Below the pieces are notes generated by a model that saw only the letters and a list, made by a program, of their open reading frames with translations, was not told the origin of the DNA and ran no database searches. This document shows positions 56,348-64,000 of a stretch of 64,000 bases of DNA, one piece after another. Both the position numbers and the translations under genes were made by a program. How positions within the stretch are numbered: position 1 is the stretch's first letter; every line of letters begins with the position of its first letter. The stretch is from an uncultured Chloroflexia bacterium (GTDB lineage Bacteria > Chloroflexota > Anaerolineae > JAAYZQ01), in assembly GCA_963749455.1 (NCBI GenBank), contig CAVVMX010000045.1, positions 39,181 to 103,180 on the forward strand. Direction: 5' to 3'.

Positions 56348-57689
56348 ATGACCGGAATCAGCGAGTGCCACACCTGCCCGGCTTTCGGGGAGTTCTGCGA
56401 GGGGAGCGCCGAAGTGCGCCGCCGATTGCCGCGAGCTGGAAGGCTGGCTCGATCCGATCGGCGGCCTGGCCCTCGACGCTGCCCCTGGCGCCTCAGCCCT
56501 GGTTCGACCTGCCGCCCTTCTTCCCCCAGCTGCTGAACGGCCTGGAGGTACCCTCGGTGCTGGCCCGCGAGCCGGCCGTCGCGGTGGGCATCGCCAAGGC
56601 GCTGACGCCCAGGGGCAGGGTCTCCCACCGCGCCATCCCGGCCCCCTACTCCACCCGCAGCCTGCGCGCCCAGTGGGGCATCGGCCAGGACACGCGGCTG
56701 CTGTGCCTGGGCAACTACGTGGACGGCTACCTGGAGCGGCTGTGGGCGGCGCAGGCCGGCGAGAACGCCTGGGGCCACCTCCAGGCGCTGGGCTTTGACG
56801 CCGCCACCAGCCTCAACTTCTCCATCTACCTGGACCGCCCTCGCCTGGAGCACCTGGTCAACATCAAGCGCTCCTGGCTGACGGTGCGGCGGATGCAGGA
56901 GACGAGCGGCCTGGTCCCCATCCCCCACCTGCAGTGGGCCACCATCCTGGATCTCGAGCGGCAGCTCCGCTACGCCCAGGAGCAGGGCTTCCACACCCTG
57001 GCGCTCAACCTGCAGATGATCAAGCGCCAGGGCTGGGACACCGTGGCCGCCGGGCTGCCGGTCATCCGGGAGCAGGCGCCCGAGATCCGCCTGCTGTTCG
57101 CCGGCGTGGCCTCGCTGCGGCGGATGGCGCAGCTGGCGACCCTGTTCCCCACCGCCTCTTTCACCAACACCACCGCCCACTACCTGGCCCAGCGCCACGT
57201 GCGGCTGCGGCGCGACGGCATGCGCCTGATCAAGGAGCCGGTCGACGGCCACCCCGACCTGATCCTGGCCGAGAACGTCCGGCTGTACCGCGATTTCGTG
57301 GCCGAAGCAAGGGGCCAGAGCGCCGAGTCCCCAGCGCCCTCGCCGCAGGCCGGCAACCACCTGTACGCAGCTCAACAGGAGGTTGCGGCTGCTCTGCAGG
57401 CCCGCTTCGGCTACGACCCCGAGCAGGCAGCAACCGCCGCCGAACGGCTGGCCGTGGACGAGGCGATCCTGGCCGCCTGCCAGCACTGGCTGCGCACCGG
57501 CTCCCTGGACCGTGACTTCCAGGGCTCCTTCCCCGACTGGCCGTGCGCCGGCTGCGTGCCCCATCCCACCCTGGGCGACCTCCTGGACGGCGGCAGGTCT
57601 CCCGCTCGAAGCCTTCCTGCACCTGGCCGGACCTGGCCCGCCAGGTGGACGAGGAGATCCAGGCCTTCGCCGGCCTGGCCGGATATTGA
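56348..57689 (+). CDS. hypothetical protein with N-terminal Cys-rich (zinc-ribbon-like) segment (about 3 frame breaks)
   Basis: MTGISECHTCPAFGEFCEGSAE / CAADCRELEGWLDPIGG / ..QPWFDLPPFFPQLLNGLEVPSV...LLCLGNYVDGYLERLWAA..ATSLNFSIYLDRPRLEHLVNIKRSWLTVRRMQETSGLVPIPHLQW... No confident family assignment. There is a loose resemblance to DUF4417-type proteins. Confidence 0.4.
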
Positions 57690-57701
57690 GGGGGTAGAGC
57701 G

Positions 57702-60700
57702 ATGGGTTGGGCAAAGAGCTCAGGCCCGAAACGGACCGCCTACCGGCTCGGCAAACCGCCGGCTGCGGCGCTGCGCGAGACGCCGCCCGGCACAGGTGCA
57801 GGCATCGGTCTTCGCGTCAGGCGGCTCTGCGAGGGCGGCAGTTGAGCTCCCGGCTGAGACTGCCGGCCAGGGCGCCAGAAGTGACGAGCGCCACCAAGCG
57901 CGACCGCCGGGCGCTGCCGGTCTATGACGTGGCCACCGGCCAGGACCTGGAGACGCCGGTCAACCTGGACAACACCCTGCTGCAGGCCATGTTCCCCGAC
58001 CTGCGGATCGCCCTCGGCCAGGTCCCGCCACCGCCGGCGCACAGCTCCCCCGAGCAGCTCGAAGCCTACTACCAGGCCGTCATCCAGGATCTCGCCAGAG
58101 ACCTGGCCGATCAAGAAGGTCTGTCCCTCGACGTGGCCACCGGCGCCCGCAAGGAGGGCCGGTTCATGTACACCGACGGCCAGGTGGGCCGCAAGGTGGC
58201 CGACACCTTCGAGAAGGTCATGGCCTACGGCGGCCTGCTGGCCTCCCCCTGCCAGCACCCGCCCCAGCTCGTGGAAGGGCTGCGCGTCCTGGTCGTCAAG
58301 CAGGGCGAGATGGGCACCGGCGACTGCGCCGGCAAGATGAGCGCCCGCCTGGCCGAGCTCTTCGGCAAGGACGGCACGCAGGCCGGCCAGTTCCGCCTGG
58401 GCGTCCAGCTCGACGAGGACACGATCCTCGTCGGCAAGGGCACCCTCAAGCTGATGGACCGGGTCGATGTGGACGCCGAGGGGCGAGGCTACGACCTGAT
58501 CCTGCCCGACCGCTCGTTCAAGGGCAACGCCCCGGCCCTCGGCGAGCACACCTGGGACTGCCACCTGGGCTTTGTCGCCTGGTCGCAGGAGCGGCGGACC
58601 AGGCTGAGCTACCAGGCCCTGCAGTGGTTCACCCCCGAGGTCGTGCAGCAGACCATCTTCCCCCGGGCCGACGCCCAGATCCCGATCCTGCTGGAGGCGA
58701 TGGCCACCACCGAGGGCGCCTGCAAGTACCTGAGGATCGAGCGGGAGAACCTGGACGCCGAGGCCCGCGAGACGCAGCGGGGCGAGCTGGCCGTCGAGGA
58801 GCTGCGCGAGCCGGCCGTCCTGGAGGAGGTGCTGGCCGCCGACACGACCGGCGAGATGATCGACCACCCCTACGTCCAGGCCGGGCTGCGCCGGCGGCTG
58901 AGGCAGTCGTGGCACGACCTGGCGGTGGGCGGCGGGGTGCGGGTGCCGTCGTTCATGGGCCTGCCCGACTCGTTCCGGGGGCACGTGGACTGGCTGCCCG
59001 ACGGCTGCATCGTCTGCCCCGACCTGCCGCCCGGCGAGGTGCTGGCCACCCGCTACCCGATCCGCACCCGCCACGACGTGCAGATCTGGCGCAACCTCGA
59101 CTGGGACAGCGCCTTCAAGCTCGACCGCCCTGGGCGGGCGGATCGACCCGGCGACCATGCGCAGCTTCTTCAGGTACGCCCAGCAGCACAAGGGCGTGGT
59201 GTTCATGAGCCACGCCACCGCGGCCAAGGTGGGCGGCGACTTTGACGGCGACAACTTTCAGATCATGCCGGTCTCCCGGCAGCACAGGCCGCTGGCCGAG
59301 ATCCGCAACCCCAACCGCGACTGGTCGGACCTGACGCCGCTGGTCGAGCAGGTGCGCCGCGAGGGGTGGGGCCAGGAGGTGACCACGCCGAAGGTCAAGC
59401 GCCGCCTGGCGACCCACGTCGCCCCCGAGCGGCCGGAGGATGTGACCGACAGGAACCGCCCCTGGCTGGCCTCGGCCGCCATCCACCAGGGCGGCCACCG
59501 GCAGCAGTTCCTGGCCGATCTCGGCCAGCACCTCGATGCCCAGGCCCTGGATGCCGAGAGCCCGGCAGAGCTGCTGCCAGACCCTGGCCGACGCCGCACA
59601 ACACCCCGACCAGAGCCTGGATGCCGCCGTCGAGGTCGCCCAGGCCCACGGCTTTGACGCCCATGCCTGGATCAGCCGAGCGCGAGCCGGACCTGTTCGC
59701 TCTGGCGAGGGCCTACAACCGCGAGCAGCTCGCCCGCCAGGCGCTCAAGAACATGGACTCGGACCTGGGCCAGATCGTCTACACCATCTCCCGGGTCAAC
59801 GCCTCGGACAGGTACGCGCCGGAGCAGAGGGAGCGGCTCATCCTGCGCCTGGCCGAGGAGCTGCAGGCCGAGGTGGACAAGTTCAAGTACGACACCGCAG
59901 CCGACATGGAGTTCGTGGACGCGGTCCGCAAGGAGGTGGGCCGCGACCTGGTGTGGCTGGACGTGCACAAGGACCCCGACACCTTCTCCCGGACGACCCA
60001 CCTGTCGCCCAAGCCGGACGCCGTGTCGCACCTGTGGAACCACGTCACCGGCCAGTTCCGGGCCTGGGAGCGGGCGCCCCAGCCGCCGAAGCACTTCCAG
60101 GGGATGCTGCCGGCCGAGTACAGCCCGGAGCAGCTGGCCGAGGCCCGGCAGCGGGTGCGGGCCTACAACCGGGCGGTGGCCCGCGTCGATCCAGACCGGC
60201 GACGAGAAGGCGCTGGTCAGCGCCATCCAGGAGATGGAGAGCTGGAGCGACTCGGTCACCGACCCGCAGGAGCGGCGCACCTGGGCGCAGGCGGTGTGGC
60301 ACGCCGCCCACGACACCGACCGGCCGGGCGCCACCGCCTCGGCGGCCTTCCACGCCTTCCGGCCCGAGGTGCTGGAGCAGCTTGGCCGGCCCCAACCCCG
60401 CCCCATGAGCGAGATCGTCATCCTCGGCGCCCAGCACCCCAACAACCTGGGCGAGCGCATCGCCGAATATGAGCAGCCGCGCACGGTCCGGCTGCAGGTC
60501 CTGCTGGAGGATTACCAGGACACCTACGGCCGCCCCGAGCGCCGCCTGGCCGCCTACGAGCTGGGCGACGACGACCGGCCGGTCCAGCGCATCGGCTACC
60601 TGCCCAAGGACGCGCCCCGCCAGCGAGGGCAGTTACCTGGCCACGCTTCAGAGGCAGGAGGGCAAGAGGCGCATTGAGGGCAAGCTCAGCCCACTCAAGG

Positions 60701-60726
60701 GCTACGAGGATGGGAAGGATGCCTGA
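57702..60726 (+). CDS. large (~1000 aa) two-barrel polymerase-like protein resembling cellular RNA-dependent RNA polymerases (about 6 frame breaks)
   Basis: Stitched from ORFs 57707..59245, 59157..59657, 59366..60472, 60234..60677 and 60469..60726. Colinear blocks: GTGDCAGKMSARLAE; AGQFRLGV..GKGTLKL; DLILPDRSFKGN; LSYQALQWF; GEVLATRYPIRTRHDVQIW; GVVFMSHATAAKVGGDFDGDNFQIMP (DbDGD metal-binding signature). Confidence 0.55.
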
Positions 60727-60788
60727 CAGAACGCACCCGGCGGACCGATCCGACGCCGGAGGCGGACACACCCGCTTTCACCTTCTAC

Positions 60789-61430
60789 ATGGCCGACCTT
60801 CTTCGGCTGGAAGAGATCATGCCGGAGCCTGACCTCCGGCAGGATCTCGCCGACCGGCCAGCTCGGGTTCGTCGTGCGCGCGGCCCGGCGCATCGCCCGG
60901 CGTTACCCTGGCGTCGATCTGGACATCCTGGACCTGATCCAGGAAGGCAACCTGGCCCTGCTGCAGGCGGTCAACGAGTGGCTGGACTGCCCGCCGCGAG
61001 CTGCTCACTTCCACACCTTCATCGCCCGGCGGGTCGAGAAAGCCATCCGGCAGTGCGCGGATGGCGCCTGGCGGGAGAGCGCCAGGTCCTGCTCGCTGGA
61101 GGAGCACTGGGACGAGCTGTGCCAGGTGGAAGCGCCCGCGCGAGCTCGAACCGGAGGAGCGCCTGATCTATCGCGAAGGACAGGAGACCATGATCGCGGT
61201 GCTGGGCTCCCTGGACCGCAGGCGGAGAAAGGTGGTCGCCCTGCGCTGCGGCTTCTGCGACGGCCGGCAGAGGACATTCGAGGAGATCGGCCAGGCGATC
61301 GGCGTCAGCCGATGCGCGGGCGGGGCAGTTGATGGCGTCGGCCAAGAGGATCCTGCGCCACCCCATCCGCTCCCGCAAGCTGAGGGATGTCTGGCTGCGA
61401 TCTAGGGCTAGTGACGGGGAGGCAAAGTGA
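60789..61430 (+). CDS. sigma-70-family factor (about 3 frame breaks)
   Basis: ..VRAARRIARRYPGVDLDILDLIQEGNLALLQAVNEW...FHTFIARRVEKAIRQ (regions 2.1-2.4), ..LEPEERLIYREGQETMIAVLGSLDRRRRKVVALRCG....RTFEEIGQAIGVSR.R..Q (region 4 HTH). Confidence 0.65.
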
Positions 61431-61438
61431 ACGGTGAC

Positions 61439-62512
61439 ATGGCTTTGACGACGACAGGCAATGCCCCGGCAGCGGGGCTCCCGGACGACGCGACCGTCTG
61501 GCGCAGGCGGGATGATCACCCTGCACCGTCGGCGACATCCCGGAGAGGATGAAGCGCAGCAGGTTGGGCAGCTCACTGGACGATCTTTGCCCGGTTCCTG
61601 CGGCTGCGCGTGGCCGACGGCGACGCCAGCCCGGCCACGATCTACACCTACCACACCCAGGCGGCTCAGTTCGTGGCCTGGTGCCAGGGAGCGTGACCTC
61701 CAGCCTGCCGCCGCGACCGAGGAGGACATCATCGCCTACCGCAAGCACCTGCGTGGAGGCAGGCTACAGGCGGACAACGGTGGCCCTCAAGCTGGCCGTC
61801 GTGAAGCGGCTGTACGAGGCGCTTCGTCTGGCGCGGGCTCAGGGCAGACAACCCGGCAGCCGGGGTGAAAGCGCCGCGGGACCGCACCGTCCAGGATGAG
61901 CGGGTGAAGTACCTCCCGCTGGATGGGCTGAAACGCCTGCTGGTTGCTCCCCAGGGGGACAGCCCACAGGCGAAAAGGGACAGGGCGGTCCTATCTCTGA
62001 TGGGCATGCACGGCCTGCGCGTGGCCGAGGTGGCAGGCCTGCAGTGCGACGATGTGGACCTGACCGCCGGTGTGGTCAGGGTTCTGGGCAAGGGGCGAAA
62101 GATGCGCACGGTCTATCTCATCGAACAGACGGCGGAGCTGCTGGCTGCCTGGCTGGAGGTGCGAGGAACCGTAGCCTTGGGTGAGGTCTGTTCCTTCTTT
62201 GTCGCGGTTGGTCCGAACGGCACCGGCACAGCCCTCACCACACGCGGCGTCCGCTACCTGGTCGACAAGTATCTCGCGGCTTTGGGCCTGAAAGCGGAGG
62301 GGATCTCCTGTCACGCCCTGCGCCACAGCGCCGCGACGTGGGCGCGGGCGGGGGGCGCCAGGCTGGATGCCATCGCCGGCATGTTGGGCCACACCAGCAT
62401 CACCACGACGAGCATCTATGCCAGGCTCGTGGATCGGATGACCGAGAACCCGGCGCGGTATCTTGAGGCGATGATGGGAGTCCAGCTTCCCCAGCAGACA
62501 GAGGGGCGGTGA
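61439..62512 (+). CDS. tyrosine recombinase/integrase, XerC/D-like (about 4 frame breaks in the N-terminal SAM-like domain)
   Basis: ..FARFLRLRVADGDASPATIYTYHTQAAQFVAWC / EEDIIAYRKHL / EAGYRRTTVALKLAVVKRLYEAL / intact ORF 61865..62512 with GLRVAEVAGLQCDDVDL, VLGKGRKMRTVYL, HALRHSAATWA, LGHTSITTTSIYA (catalytic Y). Confidence 0.85.
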
Positions 62513-62635
62513 GGCATCGAACTCATCGTGATTCTATGACCTATCCCCGAGCCGTTGACGGGTAGAACAGGGGGAGATCCACAAGGCAGGTTCGTTCTTC
62601 AAGCCATTGCCTCGACTGCTGGCTGATACAGGGGT

Positions 62636-62679
62636 TATCAGAGGTTAATTCGTCAGAGACCAGCCCAGTATCAGAGGTT
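62636..62679. repeat. direct repeats TATCAGAGGTT x2 (with a related TCAGAG between them)
   Basis: Copies at 62636-62646 and 62669-62679, with CGTCAGAGAC at 62651-62660. They lie in the lower-GC non-coding stretch just downstream of the integrase. Confidence 0.5.
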
Positions 62680-62837
62680 GGTCCTGTGCCGAAGAGGATA
62701 TTTGCCGAAAGCCTGTCGTGAGAGCCTCTTTTGGAGGCGAAACACTTGACATCGACCACAGTATAGCACAGACTTGCGGCAGGTGCAAACGTGCGCGCCT
62801 TGTTCTGGCTGGAAGAGCATGTCTGTCACGGCCGATT

Positions 62838-63290
62838 CTAGAACGGATGTACTATTCGGCCAGAACAGGGCACTTGCAGGTGCACGCCTTCTTGCAGGCG
62901 CAATCCGCAGGCGTAGATGATGCCCAGGCAGACGCGATAGCGTGGCAGACGCAGGCAGCCCAGGATGCGTTGCACTTCCTCCACGCTGAGCACGACGGGC
63001 AACTTATGCTCCCGTTCAGGGCGTGCCAGCTCGAAGGTCGCCCACTCGCGCCGGAGGGCGCGCCGTAGAAGCACTTGATCCCACATAGCGCAATCGTGAA
63101 CGCGCTGGCGGATGCCCGCTTATTATCATTCTTGAAGTAGAGCAAGTATTGGCGCAGTTCTTCTTCGCTGATGCAGTCAGGGGACTTGTGGTAGTGTTCG
63201 CCATCCTGCGCGGACCGATGAAATCGTCCACGTGTTCCGGCCATGCCGTCCACTCATCGGAGCGAAGCGACGCCAGCAAGATCATTGTAC
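62838..63290 (-). pseudogene. tyrosine recombinase fragment (N-terminal SAM-like/core-binding part only; frameshifted and 3'-truncated)
   Basis: ..HYHKSPDCISEEELRQYLLYFKNDNKRASASAFTIALCGIKCFY / RRALRREWATFELARPEREHKLPVVLSVEEVQRILGCLRLPRYRVCLGIIYACGLRLQEGVHLQV, then similarity stops (..PCSGRIVHPF*) before the expected DID...GKG..R catalytic region. Confidence 0.6.
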
Positions 63291-63291
63291 A

Positions 63292-64000
63292 TCAAGTGGT
63301 CGGCATGGGCAAGGGAGAGCCGGTCTTGCGCCGTGACTCGCCCTTGAGGGTCAGCCGATAGGCGTTGTGAACCAGGCGATCGAGGATCGCGTCGGCGATC
63401 GTCGGATCCGGGAAGCGGGCGTGCCACTCGGCCACGGGCACTTGAGTGGCCACCAGCGTCGAGGATCGGTCGTAGCGATCGTCCAAGATCTCCAGCAGTT
63501 CTTGAGACTGGGGTCGGGTCAGCGGATCCCGGAGCCAGTCGTCGAGGACCAGGAGCTCGACATGGGCAAAGTCGTCGAGGAGTTGGCGATAGGAGCCGTC
63601 GGCGTGGGCCAGGGTGATCTGGTGCAGGAGGCGTGAGGTGCGCTCGTAGCGGACATGGAAGTCGTGGCGGCAGCAGGCGTGGGCCAGTGCACAGGCCAGG
63701 AAGGTCTTGCCGGCACCGGTCGGGCCGAGGACGAGGATGTTGAGATGTTGGCGGATCCACTCGCCCTCGGCCAATTGGAGGACGAGGCGACGGTCCAGGC
63801 CGCGAGAGGGAGCGAGGTCAAGGTCTTCGATGGTCGCTGGCGATGGCAGCCGCGCAGCCTTCAGGCGTCGTTTCAGACGGTTGTTGTCGCGGTGCAGGCA
63901 TTCGCGATCGACCAGTAAGCCGAGACGATCCTCGAAGGGCAGGTCGGCGTACTGGGGATTGTGGAGCTGCTCTTCGAGAGCGGCGCGAAAGGCAGGCAGC
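63292..64000 (-). CDS. istB: IS21-family helper ATPase IstB (5' end beyond window)
   Basis: The frame is open to the window edge: ..FEDRLGLLVDRECLHRDNNRLKRRLKAARLPSPATIEDLDLAPSRGLDRRLVLQLAEGEWIRQHLNILVLGPTGAGKTFLACALAH (Walker A)..LLVLDDW (Walker B)..TLVATQVPVAEWH..ADAILDRLVHNAYRLTLKGESRR. Confidence 0.85.
   Translation of the reverse strand, partial: LPAFRAALEEQLHNPQYADLPFEDRLGLLVDRECLHRDNNRLKRRLKAARLPSPATIEDLDLAPSRGLDRRLVLQLAEGEWIRQHLNILVLGPTGAGKTFLACALAHACCRHDFHVRYERTSRLLHQITLAHADGSYRQLLDDFAHVELLVLDDWLRDPLTRPQSQELLEILDDRYDRSSTLVATQVPVAEWHARFPDPTIADAILDRLVHNAYRLTLKGESRRKTGSPLPMPTT
63292..64000 (-). mobile_element. partial IS21-family insertion sequence (istB present; istA expected beyond window end)
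   Basis: IstB is normally encoded directly downstream of istA within IS21-family elements. The terminal inverted repeat was not identified. Confidence 0.55.

Larger units (their letters stand above)
44089..62868. mobile_element. integrative mobilizable element-like island (serine recombinase at left edge, MOB module, tyrosine recombinase near right edge); boundaries approximate
   Basis: Gene content switches abruptly from core lipid genes to recombinases, SSB, relaxosome/T4CP, HU, a sigma factor and regulatory repeats. The serine recombinase stop lies only 28 bp from the start of the core acyltransferase. The right limit is placed where an unrelated integrase fragment begins (~62868). Confidence 0.5.

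Noticed and set aside
62541-62759. 72-aa minus-strand ORF in the lower-GC spacer after the integrase.
   Set aside because: It has no RBS, no recognisable motif and odd codon usage relative to its neighbours. The region is more plausibly att or arm-site DNA.
44089-62868. Calling the island a prophage.
   Set aside because: There are no capsid, terminase, portal, tail or lysis genes. The content (relaxosome-like genes, T4CP, SSB, recombinases) fits a mobilizable integrative element instead.

Overview
High-GC (~65-68%) bacterial chromosome segment. The gene content (FemAB, PT-rich linkers, PI/PIM-type lipid genes, split nuo cluster) suggests Chloroflexota or a similar lineage, but I cannot verify this. 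Positions 1-44,088 are core genome: tandem FemAB genes, a membrane-arm-only NADH dehydrogenase cluster (nuoA-H-J-K-L-M-N), gyrB, a deoxynucleoside kinase and a sugar ABC importer. They also hold an ~10.5 kb minus-strand methylmalonyl-CoA supercluster (12S/cupin/5S/1.3S transcarboxylase-type subunits, two MCM paralogs, epimerase, B12 subunit, MeaB, beta-carbonic anhydrase), a PA14 protein, a pentapeptide-repeat protein, a MacAB-type exporter, asnS, a Ca2+/H+ antiporter and a PI/PIM-like lipid operon. From ~44,089 to the window end lies a mosaic mobile island. It carries a large serine recombinase, paired antisense-RNA-like modules, an iteron/inverted-repeat/AT-rich origin-like hub, LuxR, SSB and a mobilization module (RHH, relaxase-like protein, TraG/VirD4 coupling protein) with no T4SS. 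It also carries an HU-like protein, a secreted lipoprotein, a Cys-rich protein, a sigma-70-like factor, a tyrosine recombinase, an integrase fragment and a partial IS21 (istB). The most unusual item is a ~1000-aa protein whose colinear motifs, ending in GGDFDGD, resemble cellular (eukaryotic-type) RdRP / two-barrel RNA polymerases. Caveat: dozens of otherwise well-conserved genes are broken by frameshifts, so most long CDS spans below were stitched across frames by eye. End coordinates at the breaks are approximate. No rRNA, tRNA or CRISPR array was found.
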